A stretch of 64,000 bases of DNA from an uncultured Spirochaetales bacterium (GTDB taxonomy: Bacteria > Spirochaetota > Spirochaetia > SPDA01 > CAZSGZ01): positions 7,976 through 71,975 of the forward strand of contig CAYTSI010000001.1 in assembly GCA_964440465.1 (NCBI GenBank), written 5' to 3'. Below are positions 49,690 to 58,697 of this stretch, piece by piece; position 1 is the stretch's first letter, and each line of letters begins with the position of its first letter. The notes beneath the pieces are model-generated. The model saw only the letters and a list, made by a program, of their open reading frames with translations, searched no databases and was not told the origin of the DNA. The translations under genes and the position numbers were made by a program.

Positions 49690-52600
49690 TGAGAAGGAGG
49701 CATTGTATTACACTGCGCGCCGGAATCGATATCGGGTCCACCACCGTTAAATTGGCGGTGCTCCATCCGAAGAGCGGGGAACTGCTCTTCCACAGCTATA
49801 AACGGCATTGCGCCGCCCAGCAGTATACGGCGTTAGAAATGCTGTACGCGTGTAAACGGCAGTTTCCGGACACCCCGTTTTCTCTTGCCGTATGCGGAAG
49901 CGGAGGACAGCCCCTCGCGGAAGGACTGCGGGCACACTACGTGCAGGAAGTAGTCGCGAATTCCATCGTTATCCGTTCCAGGTACACAAAAACGAGGTCG
50001 GCCATTGAACTCGGCGGTCAGGACGCAAAGGTCATTTTTTTTACGGAAGACGAGGTGTCCCGGCGGCTTACCGCGGCTGAAATGAGGATGAACGGCAGCT
50101 GTGCCGGCGGGACGGGAGCGTTTATCGACCAGATAGCCGAACTTCTCGATGTTTCCATCGAAAACTTCAATGCTCTTGCCGCGGAGGGAAAACATGTGTT
50201 CCCGATTTCGGGACGCTGCGGTGTTTTCGCAAAAACCGATATCCAGCCGCTGATGAACCAGGGGGTCCCGAAGGAGGACATCGCGTTAAGCACCTTTCAC
50301 GCGATAGCCAGGCAGACCATCGGGGGCCTTGCCCAGGGACTGACGTTCCGCCCCTCCGTACTTTTCGAAGGCGGGCCGCTGACCTTCAATCCCGTTTTAA
50401 TCGATGTTTTCCGCGAACACCTCGGCCTATCGGAGTCTGAAATTATCGTCCCGGAAAATCCCGAACTGATAATCGCAATCGGCGCGGCCCTTTCTATCGA
50501 CGCCCTTTTTTCCGACCGGCCTTCTTCCTTCGACATCAACGCGCTTCCCCCTCTCGGAGGACCGGAGGCGTCCCGTTTTCAGAATTTCGATACCGCCTCC
50601 GAACTATTTTTCAGAACTGAACGTGAAAAAGAGGACTTTTACGCGAAGTACGGCGCCGCCGCCGTTGCCGGCTATCCTCTTCCCGCGGGAGGACATATCT
50701 CCGCGTATGTAGGGATCGACGCGGGCTCGACAACCACAAAGTGCGCGTTAATCGATACGGAAGGCAGGGTAATTGATACATTTTACGCCAACAACAACGG
50801 AGCCCCTTTAGAGACGCTCCGGTCCGGACTTTTACATATCCGGGAACATTTCCGGAGAGGGAAGACAAAACTCACCATCCTCGGGGCCGGTGTAACCGGC
50901 TACGGCGAACAGCTAACGGCCCGGGGGCTGCACGCGGACTACCATACCGTCGAAACCGTGGCCCACGCGAAAGCCGCCCAATGTTTTGCACCGGACGCGA
51001 GTTTCATCCTCGATATCGGCGGACAGGACATGAAGGCAATTTCCCTGCAGGACGGCATTATTACGGGTATCGTGATGAACGAAGCGTGTTCCGCCGGATG
51101 CGGTTCCTTCATTGAAACCTACGCGAAATCCCTCGGTATTCCCGTTACGGAAATTGCCGAACAGGCATTTCAGTCCGAAAACCCCTCCAAACTCGGGTCC
51201 AGGTGCACCGTATTCATGAACAGCTCCATTGTAACGGAGCAGAAAAACGGCAAAACAACAAAGGACATTCTCGCGGGTATCTGTAAATCGATTATCGAAA
51301 ACGTTTTTACCAAAGTAATCCGGATTTCCAATGTAAGCCGCCTCGGGTCCACCGTTATTGCCCAGGGGGGAACTTTCAAGAATGACGCGGTCCTCCGGGC
51401 CTTCGAACAGTATGTCGCGAAAGATAATGACGTTACCATTGTCCGCCCGCCCTACCCCGGAGAAATGGGTGCCATCGGAATTGCCCTGCTGACAAAGGAG
51501 CATATGGAGGAAGCGGAGAGGACCGGAAAGGCCCCGGCGCGCTGTTCCTTTATCGGCCTCGACGCAATGGAGGATTTTTCCTATACCCAGCAGCACGGAG
51601 TCATCTGCAACGGCTGCTCTAACAGCTGTAAAAGGACGGTCATTACATTCAACGACGGGACCCGCTTCGTCTCGGGCAACCGCTGCGAGAGGGGGGACAT
51701 CACCCGGGACAGGGGGATGACGGACCCGCCGCCGAAGCGCGGCACCGGCGTGCCCGACCTGATGAAACTGAAAAACAAACTTCTGTTTCAGGATTTCTCT
51801 CCGAAACAGATTTCCCCCCGGCGTAACGTTCGGATCGGGATTCCAAGGGTCCTGGAGTTCTGGGACAGTATCCCCTTCTGGAACGCTTTTTTTACCTCCT
51901 TAGGGTTCGACGTTCTCTTTTCCGCCGCCAGCAGCACCGGTCTGTTTCAAAAAGGGATTTCTTCCGTTCCTTCCGATACGGTCTGTTTTCCCGCGAAACT
52001 CGCCCACGGCCATGTCCGGGACTTGATGGAAAAACAGGTTGACCGTATTTTCATGCCGATGATGGTCCGCGTGCCGAAGGAAAACAAAACGGCGGAGGGC
52101 AGCCATGTATGTTCCGTCGTCCAGGGGTACCCGCTGGTAATTGAAAAAAGCAGCGGCCCCGGAGAGTCGGCGGGCATCCCCTTCGACAACCCCACCTTTC
52201 ACTGGTACAACGATACCTTAAAGTACCGGCAGTGCATGAACTATTTTTCCGAAACCTTTCAGCTCTCCAAATTCGAAATTTTCCGCGCGCTGAAGGAAGG
52301 AGACAAGGCACAGACCGCGTATTCGGTCAGCATGCACGAACACGGCACCGCCGTACTGAAAACGCTGGGAAAAAAGTATCCCTTCGCGGTTGTCCTTGCC
52401 GGCAGACCCTATCACAGCGATTTGCTCATTAACCACTCCATATCTTCAGTATTTACCCGTCAGGGTATTCCCGTCCTGGTACTGGACGCTCTGCCGAACA
52501 TCCACAAACAGGACCTTTCCTGGGTGCGGATCGAAACGACCATGCCCTTCAGCACCCGGATGATCGAAGGCACCTTCTGCGTGGCGAAAAACCCCAATCT

Positions 52601-54104
52601 CGAGCTCGTGCAGATTGTGAGTTTCGGCTGCGGACACGACGCGATTTTAAGTGATGAAATGGCACGTATCCTCAAGGAAACTTCCGATAAAGAGCTCCTG
52701 ACCCTGAAAATGGACGAAGGTGAAGTTCTAGGGCCCCTAATTATCCGGATTAACTCGTTTTTGGAAACGGTGAAATTAAAGCGGAAGAACAGGCACAGTC
52801 ACCTGCCGCACCACCCCTTTCGGGAACTGAAGGACTCGTTTACCACAAAATTCCGGAGAAACGACAAACGCACGAAAACCATCCTCGCTCCCAATTTATC
52901 GCCGGCCTTCTCCACCATGATCAGCGCGGTCCTGCGGAACCGCGGCTACAATGTGTATCAGATGCCGCTGGCCAACCGGGAGGCAATCGCCTTAGGGAAG
53001 CAGTACGTCCACAACGATATCTGTTTTCCCGCCCAGGTAAATATCGGAGAGGCCCTCTACAATATCCGCAGCGGTAAATTCGACCCGGACAAGCTGGCCT
53101 TAGGCCTCGCGAAAAACTGCGAAGACTGCAGGGCCGGGCAGTACGCCTCCATCGCCCGGAAGGCCCTGGATGAAGCGGGATACCCCCAAATTCCGATTAT
53201 GACAACCGGCATGGACACAAAAGAGATGCATCCCGGTTTCCAGATCGGGCCTGTCTTCAACCTCCACATGGTCTGGAGTCTCCTCATGATGGACGGTCTC
53301 GAGATGATGAAGCGCTCCATCCGGCCGTATGAAATGAATCCGGGAGAGACGGAAGCGACCTTTCAGAAATATCTTAATTCAATTGCGGAAACCGTTACAA
53401 GGAGCAGGAAACGTTCCCTTCGGCTCTTTGAAGAGGCCGTAGCCGCCTTCAATGATATTGATATCCAAAAAGGAAAAAAACGTCCGAGAATCGGGATTGT
53501 CGGCGAAATCCTGGTAAATTACCACCCGGTCTCCAACGGAAACCTGGAACAGTACCTTGAATTAAACGGTATCGAAGTCAGAATCCCGCCGATGCTCGAC
53601 TTTTTCAGGAGGTCCTTTCTTATCGAGAAAGACAAAGCCAAACGGAACCTTCTTCCGAACCCCAAGGCGGCGTTTCTGTTTTCCACCATTTCCGATGCAA
53701 TAATCCGGAGCGTTAAAATGAAAACGGACCGGATTTTGTCAGCCTTCCGGTTCTATGAAAACTACGGAACAATTCACGACCTGGCCGAAAATATCCGGGA
53801 CCTCATCGACATTTCCTTTATTGTCGGGGAGGGATGGCTTATCCCGGCGGAAATTATCCAGATGATAAAAAAAGGGATCAATTCCTTCGTTATCGTCCAG
53901 CCCTTCGGATGCATGCCGAACCACATTACCGGAAGGGGGATGATAAAGGCAATCAAGACCCTCTACCCTCACGTGCAGATCCTCACCCTGGATTTCGACC
54001 CGGATACGAGCTACGCGAACATCGAAAACAGACTGCAGATGCTGATTATGACCACAAAAGAACTCGAAAAGAGCCATGGCCCGAAGTACCCGAAAGCCTC
54101 CTGA
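49659..54104 (+). CDS. giant fusion: two BadF/BadG/BcrA/BcrD (HgdC-type) ATPase activase domains plus 2-hydroxyacyl-CoA dehydratase (HgdAB-like) domains ('CoA-substrate-specific enzyme activase')
   Basis: 1481 aa. Two acetate/sugar-kinase-fold activase modules (GIDIGSTTVKLAV and GIDAGSTTTKCAL) with Cys-rich regions, then a large dehydratase-like C-terminal half. The start could be 49659 or the translationally coupled ATG at 49688. Confidence 0.8.
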   Translation: MERKKTGQDVMRRRHCITLRAGIDIGSTTVKLAVLHPKSGELLFHSYKRHCAAQQYTALEMLYACKRQFPDTPFSLAVCGSGGQPLAEGLRAHYVQEVVANSIVIRSRYTKTRSAIELGGQDAKVIFFTEDEVSRRLTAAEMRMNGSCAGGTGAFIDQIAELLDVSIENFNALAAEGKHVFPISGRCGVFAKTDIQPLMNQGVPKEDIALSTFHAIARQTIGGLAQGLTFRPSVLFEGGPLTFNPVLIDVFREHLGLSESEIIVPENPELIIAIGAALSIDALFSDRPSSFDINALPPLGGPEASRFQNFDTASELFFRTEREKEDFYAKYGAAAVAGYPLPAGGHISAYVGIDAGSTTTKCALIDTEGRVIDTFYANNNGAPLETLRSGLLHIREHFRRGKTKLTILGAGVTGYGEQLTARGLHADYHTVETVAHAKAAQCFAPDASFILDIGGQDMKAISLQDGIITGIVMNEACSAGCGSFIETYAKSLGIPVTEIAEQAFQSENPSKLGSRCTVFMNSSIVTEQKNGKTTKDILAGICKSIIENVFTKVIRISNVSRLGSTVIAQGGTFKNDAVLRAFEQYVAKDNDVTIVRPPYPGEMGAIGIALLTKEHMEEAERTGKAPARCSFIGLDAMEDFSYTQQHGVICNGCSNSCKRTVITFNDGTRFVSGNRCERGDITRDRGMTDPPPKRGTGVPDLMKLKNKLLFQDFSPKQISPRRNVRIGIPRVLEFWDSIPFWNAFFTSLGFDVLFSAASSTGLFQKGISSVPSDTVCFPAKLAHGHVRDLMEKQVDRIFMPMMVRVPKENKTAEGSHVCSVVQGYPLVIEKSSGPGESAGIPFDNPTFHWYNDTLKYRQCMNYFSETFQLSKFEIFRALKEGDKAQTAYSVSMHEHGTAVLKTLGKKYPFAVVLAGRPYHSDLLINHSISSVFTRQGIPVLVLDALPNIHKQDLSWVRIETTMPFSTRMIEGTFCVAKNPNLELVQIVSFGCGHDAILSDEMARILKETSDKELLTLKMDEGEVLGPLIIRINSFLETVKLKRKNRHSHLPHHPFRELKDSFTTKFRRNDKRTKTILAPNLSPAFSTMISAVLRNRGYNVYQMPLANREAIALGKQYVHNDICFPAQVNIGEALYNIRSGKFDPDKLALGLAKNCEDCRAGQYASIARKALDEAGYPQIPIMTTGMDTKEMHPGFQIGPVFNLHMVWSLLMMDGLEMMKRSIRPYEMNPGETEATFQKYLNSIAETVTRSRKRSLRLFEEAVAAFNDIDIQKGKKRPRIGIVGEILVNYHPVSNGNLEQYLELNGIEVRIPPMLDFFRRSFLIEKDKAKRNLLPNPKAAFLFSTISDAIIRSVKMKTDRILSAFRFYENYGTIHDLAENIRDLIDISFIVGEGWLIPAEIIQMIKKGINSFVIVQPFGCMPNHITGRGMIKAIKTLYPHVQILTLDFDPDTSYANIENRLQMLIMTTKELEKSHGPKYPKAS

Positions 54105-55233
54105 AAAACGGATCGGCTTGTTGTACCTGAAAACAGGGGGCGGGCACTATTCCGCCGCCCGGGCACTGCGGCAGTATATCGACGAAACCGGCGGCGGCAG
54201 GGCCCGGGCCCTTCTCTTCGACCCGGTTCCGGAACACGCCGCCGCCGCGCAGATGGTTCTGCAGGACGGGTACCGCTTCACGTCGCATAAAATAGGCAAA
54301 TTGTGGATACTCCTCTACGAATTTTCAAAGCTGAAAGGGGTGGACTACATCTGGAGCTTTTTTGTCTTTCTCACGACGCGAAAAAATATGCTCCGGTTTA
54401 TTACAACCGAAAAAATCGATACGGTGGTCATTCTCCATTTTCTCCTCTCGCGGCCTCTCCGGTGGGCGGTAAAAAACCTTCAGCGGAAACCGGAGATAGT
54501 ACGTGTTGTAACCGACCCCTTTACCGCGCATTCACTCTGGTTTAACTGTCCCGGCATCCGGACCATCGTTTTCTCGAAGCGCCTGTATCGGTACGCCGCC
54601 GGAAAATACCCCGGCATGCGGCAGTCCCTCCTCCTTTTCCCCCCTGTTCTCGGCAAAGAGTTTTCCGCGGAAACAAGCCCGGAACAAGTGGAACTGCTTC
54701 GGGAACGCTTCGGCTTTTCCAAATCGGAGGAATACCTCCTTTTTGCCGGCGGCGGTGAGGGGTTCCCGAAGGGCCTGCGGTATATTGCCGAGGTGCTGAA
54801 ACAGGACCTTGGATACCACATTCTTCTTGTCTGCGGAAAGGACGACTCCCTCCGCGGAAGGGCTAAGAAACTCCGCCGGCGGTTCCCGGAAGCGTCGTTT
54901 ACCGTTTTCGGTTATGTCGATTTTATGGCGGAGCTGATGCAGCTCGCCCGTGTGGTGATAACAAAGGGCGGGCCCGCCACCATTATGGAGGCGCTGAAAT
55001 GCGGCAAGCCGGTAATCGTCATTCAGTATCTCTACGGGCAGGAACGGGGCAACATGGAGTACGTGGCGCGGAACCGCTTCGGGTTTTACGTCTCCTCCCC
55101 GTCGAAGCTTTCGGCTGTTGTACGGAAACTGCGGGCGGACACACGGCTCTATTCCGATATTGCCGAACGGGTCCGCGGGGACCCGCCCCGAAACGGCACC
55201 GCTGAAATAGCAGACTACATCATGTCTCTCTAG
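54076..55233 (+). CDS. GT28-family lipid glycosyltransferase (MGDG synthase / UgtP-like diacylglycerol glycosyltransferase)
   Basis: N-terminal MGDG-synthase motif LKTGGGHYSAARAL and a C-terminal GT-B domain (VITKGGPATIMEALKCGKPVI); overlaps the preceding gene by 29 nt. Confidence 0.75.
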   Translation: MARSTRKPPEKRIGLLYLKTGGGHYSAARALRQYIDETGGGRARALLFDPVPEHAAAAQMVLQDGYRFTSHKIGKLWILLYEFSKLKGVDYIWSFFVFLTTRKNMLRFITTEKIDTVVILHFLLSRPLRWAVKNLQRKPEIVRVVTDPFTAHSLWFNCPGIRTIVFSKRLYRYAAGKYPGMRQSLLLFPPVLGKEFSAETSPEQVELLRERFGFSKSEEYLLFAGGGEGFPKGLRYIAEVLKQDLGYHILLVCGKDDSLRGRAKKLRRRFPEASFTVFGYVDFMAELMQLARVVITKGGPATIMEALKCGKPVIVIQYLYGQERGNMEYVARNRFGFYVSSPSKLSAVVRKLRADTRLYSDIAERVRGDPPRNGTAEIADYIMSL

Positions 55234-55260
55234 CACCGGCCGGCCTAGCACCGGCCGGCA
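55231..55260. repeat. perfect 15-nt tandem duplication (TAGCACCGGCCGGCC x2) containing CCGGCCGG palindromes; probable bidirectional terminator hairpin
   Basis: Read directly in the 37-nt spacer between the convergent GT28 gene and valS. Confidence 0.5.
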
Positions 55261-55270
55261 CAGGAGGTGC

Positions 55271-57919
55271 CTATTCCAGGTCCCGGAGGTAGGTCCCTAT
55301 TTTTTCCAGTTTTCCAGAAAGCTCCCGCTCGATCTCTTTTTCTTTTTTGATAACGGCCTCCGGCGCTTTCTCGAGAAACTGCGGATTTACGAGTTTTTTC
55401 CCCGTCTTCCGCAGCTGCTGTTCCAGCTTCTCCTGCTCCTTTTTCAGCTTTCCAATTTCCTTCGGCACATCCACCGCGTCCTGAATATACACGTAGGATT
55501 CGAACCCCGTTCCCGCGACGGGAATACTCCCCTTCTTTTCCGGCTGTTCCGTAGTAACGCGAAGCTCCGACGACTGGGTAAGTTCGCGGATAATATCGAT
55601 GTGTTTCGTAAGAAAGCCGGCGGCGGGACAATCCGCGTCCACCCGGATGACCGCGGCGATTTTTGCTGCCGGCGGTATGGTAAATTCGCTCCGCAGCGTA
55701 CGGACCCCCCGGACGAGTTCCTGCAGGACCGCGGCGTGCCCGGCAACGGCGGGCTGTTCGCGTTCGGGCCGCTCCTCCGGATATGGGGCCGTAACGGCCG
55801 CCGGATACCGGACAGCTTCGGGAAGCTTTTGATATATTTCTTCCGAAATGAAGGAGAGAAAGGGATGAAGGAGCCGAAGCGTTTCTTCCAGCACGTACAG
55901 AAGCAGTGAAGCGGCCCTGTCTTTTACCGCGTTATCTTCATCGTAGAGTTTCAGTTTTGAAATTTCGATATACCAGTCGCAGAAATCGTTCCAGAAAAAA
56001 TCATACACACCTCCGGCGGCGTCGTTAAACCGGAACGAGGCGACTGCCGAACGGACGGTGCCGACTGCCGCGTTCAGGCGGTGATAGATCCATCTGTCGA
56101 AGTCCTCCGGTTCGATTTCATCACGCGGCACGAGGTTCCGCCCTTCTAAATTCATTAAAAGATATCTGGCGGCGTTCCAGATCTTGTTGGCAAACTTCGA
56201 CCCGAGTTTGAAACTTTCTTTGTCCAGCAGGATGTCCTGCCCCTGGGCGGCCAGGTAGGTAAGGGTGAATTTCAGCGCGTCCGCGCCGTATTCTTCCACA
56301 ACTTCCAGGGGATCGATTCCGTTTCCGAGACTTTTCGACATTTTCCTGCCCTGCTTGTCCCGGATAAGACCGTGAATGTAGATGTCCCGGAAGGGGACCT
56401 CTCCCATAAACTCGAGTCCGGCCATGATCATCCTGGCCACCCAGAAAAAGATAATGTCGTATGCCGTTACCAGAGCTGTGGTTGGAAAAAACTTCTCGAG
56501 GTCCGCCGTTTTCTCCGGCCAGCCAAGGGTGGAAAAAGGCCACAGCCAGGATGAAAACCATGTATCCAAAACGTCCTCGTCCTGGCTTACATTCCCGCTT
56601 CCGCAGGCGGTGCAGGTTTCCGGGTCCTCCCGGAGGGCCATTTCCGCCCCGCAGTCTCCGCAGTACCAGACAGGGACGCGGTGGCCCCACCACAGCTGAC
56701 GGGAAATACACCAGTCCCGGATAGTGTTCATCCAATGGGTGTAGGTATTTTCCCATTTCTTCGGGTAAAAGCGTAATTCCCCCTCCCGGAGGGCCCGCAG
56801 CCCCTTGTCCGCGAGGGGGCGCATCCGGACAAACCACTGCTCCGACATATAGGGTTCGACCATGGTGCCGCAGCGGTAGCAGTGCCCCACCTGGTGCGGA
56901 TGCTCTTCCTCCCGGACAAACAGTCCCGCTTCTTTCAGGTCCTTCACGACCTGTTTCCTCGCCTCCGAAACGGTCAGCCCCCGGTATTTTTCCGGTACGT
57001 TTTCATTCAGATACCCCTTCGGGTGAAGAATATTGATTTTTTCAAGGGAGTGCCTGCCGCCGATTTCCCAGTCGTTCAAATCATGCGCCGGTGTTACCTT
57101 TACCGCCCCGGTACCGAAATCTTTCTCCACAAAACTGTCGGCAACCACGGGAATAACCCGGCCGGTAAGGGGCAGGAGCAGCTTCTTGCCGACTGCTCCG
57201 GCATACCTGGCGTCTTCGGGATGGACCGCGACGGCGGTATCGCCTAAGAGCGTTTCCGGCCTGGTCGTTGCTATTTCAAGAGCCCCTGAAGCGTCTTCAT
57301 AGGGATACGTGATATGGGTCATCTTTCCGGCCACCTCATGATGCTCCACCTCGTCATCCGACAGCGCGGTGCCGCAGGAACTGCACCAATTTACCAGGTA
57401 ATTCCCCCTGTAAATCAGGTCCCGTTCATACAGTCCAACGAATACCTCCCGCACGGCCTTGGAAAGGCCCTCGTCGAGGGTAAACCGCTCCCTGTCCCAG
57501 TCGCAGGACGCTCCAATCTCCTTCAGCTGCCGTACGATTTCGGTATGGTGCTCCTCTTTGACCTTCCAGGTTTCTTCAATAAAGGCCTCGCGGCCGATGT
57601 CAGCGCGTTCGATGCCCTTCTCCCGCAGTTTCCGCTCCACAACATTCTGCGTCGCAATCCCGGCATGGTCGGTCCCCGGTACCCACAGGGTGGACCGTCC
57701 CGTCATCCGGTGATACCGGACCAGGATGTCCTGCAGAATATTATTCAATCCGTGCCCCATATGCAGGACCCCGGTAACATTCGGCGGCGGAATTACAATG
57801 ACAAACGGGTCAGAAGCCTCCATGTCCGGAGCGAATGCTTTCTTTTCGAGCCAAAAGCCGTATATTCGTTTTTCAAAATCTTTCGGGTTAAAAGCCTTCG
57901 GCAGTTCAATCCCTTTCAT
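55271..57919 (-). CDS. valS: valine--tRNA ligase
   Basis: HIGH (PNVTGVLHMGH), KMSKS, and C-terminal coiled coil. Start trimmed to MKGIELPKAFNPKDFEKRIY at 57919, which has a GGAGA RBS. The 62-codon upstream extension in the ORF track is rejected. Confidence 0.9.
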   Translation of the reverse strand: MKGIELPKAFNPKDFEKRIYGFWLEKKAFAPDMEASDPFVIVIPPPNVTGVLHMGHGLNNILQDILVRYHRMTGRSTLWVPGTDHAGIATQNVVERKLREKGIERADIGREAFIEETWKVKEEHHTEIVRQLKEIGASCDWDRERFTLDEGLSKAVREVFVGLYERDLIYRGNYLVNWCSSCGTALSDDEVEHHEVAGKMTHITYPYEDASGALEIATTRPETLLGDTAVAVHPEDARYAGAVGKKLLLPLTGRVIPVVADSFVEKDFGTGAVKVTPAHDLNDWEIGGRHSLEKINILHPKGYLNENVPEKYRGLTVSEARKQVVKDLKEAGLFVREEEHPHQVGHCYRCGTMVEPYMSEQWFVRMRPLADKGLRALREGELRFYPKKWENTYTHWMNTIRDWCISRQLWWGHRVPVWYCGDCGAEMALREDPETCTACGSGNVSQDEDVLDTWFSSWLWPFSTLGWPEKTADLEKFFPTTALVTAYDIIFFWVARMIMAGLEFMGEVPFRDIYIHGLIRDKQGRKMSKSLGNGIDPLEVVEEYGADALKFTLTYLAAQGQDILLDKESFKLGSKFANKIWNAARYLLMNLEGRNLVPRDEIEPEDFDRWIYHRLNAAVGTVRSAVASFRFNDAAGGVYDFFWNDFCDWYIEISKLKLYDEDNAVKDRAASLLLYVLEETLRLLHPFLSFISEEIYQKLPEAVRYPAAVTAPYPEERPEREQPAVAGHAAVLQELVRGVRTLRSEFTIPPAAKIAAVIRVDADCPAAGFLTKHIDIIRELTQSSELRVTTEQPEKKGSIPVAGTGFESYVYIQDAVDVPKEIGKLKKEQEKLEQQLRKTGKKLVNPQFLEKAPEAVIKKEKEIERELSGKLEKIGTYLRDLE

Positions 57920-57986
57920 GATGTCTCCTCGCTTACTGTAGTCCGTGCATAGTAACAAATTATCGAAATGTGATACAGTAATACGG

Positions 57987-58697
57987 ATGAAAAATCTAGC
58001 GGCGGCTGTCATGCTTCTTTTTCTCCCGTTCATCCCTTTCACGCTCTCGGCGCAAACAGCCGCCGAAGGGGAAACCGCGGAGGCGGACCTTTCGGCATTT
58101 CTCAAGGAGCGGTTTCCCGGCGTTTCCCTCCTCTACATTCAGGCGGTCGCGGAAACGCCCCGGAAACCCTTTATTCCGGATTCGTTTTTATCCTTAGCCG
58201 GAACAGACATGGATATCCCGGTCCTGCGGGACGCTATCCTCCCCTCTCCGGGACTGACCCTGCAGCTGCTCAGTGAAAGCGGCATCCGTCCCGGAGCTTC
58301 GGTCCTGATTGCCGGAAAAGCGGGAGGCTACTTAGGCGCGGCCGCGGCGGCCCTGACCGAAAAGGTAACGGTGGTTGAATTTTCGGATGAACTGTTTCGG
58401 AAATACCCGGAAATCTACCGGGAGCTGCGGATCGATACAATTACCCTTGTCAATTCCCTCGCCGGGGCCGCGGAATCCGGTTTTATGTATGACATCGTTA
58501 TCCTCCACGGCGGTACGCCGGTCCTTCCTCCGGAACTAAGCTCGTTCCTCCGTCCCTCCGGCGTCCTTATTGTTCCCATCAGCGGCCGGTCGGGATATCA
58601 AAACCTTTTGAAAATCCAGTACGGAAACGGCCTTACGGTGCGTTCCATTGGTGAGTCCTTTTTTCCCCTTGTGGGTGAATTGATCGGAAATTACTGA
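57987..58697 (+). CDS. protein-L-isoaspartate O-methyltransferase-like protein with signal peptide and a degenerate SAM motif
   Basis: Start trimmed to MKNLAAAVMLLFLPFIPFTLSAQ; PCMT-like fold pattern (VLIAGKAGGYLGAAAAALTEKVTVVE, SGVLIVPI), but GxGxG is replaced by AGKAGG. Confidence 0.5.
   Translation: MKNLAAAVMLLFLPFIPFTLSAQTAAEGETAEADLSAFLKERFPGVSLLYIQAVAETPRKPFIPDSFLSLAGTDMDIPVLRDAILPSPGLTLQLLSESGIRPGASVLIAGKAGGYLGAAAAALTEKVTVVEFSDELFRKYPEIYRELRIDTITLVNSLAGAAESGFMYDIVILHGGTPVLPPELSSFLRPSGVLIVPISGRSGYQNLLKIQYGNGLTVRSIGESFFPLVGELIGNY

Noticed and set aside
57920-58105. 62-codon N-terminal extension of valS in the ORF track
   Set aside because: Canonical ValRS N-terminus MKGIELPKAFNPKDFEKRIY begins at 57919 with a GGAGA RBS. 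The extension is Ala/Ser-rich and would overlap the divergent PCMT-like gene's promoter region.
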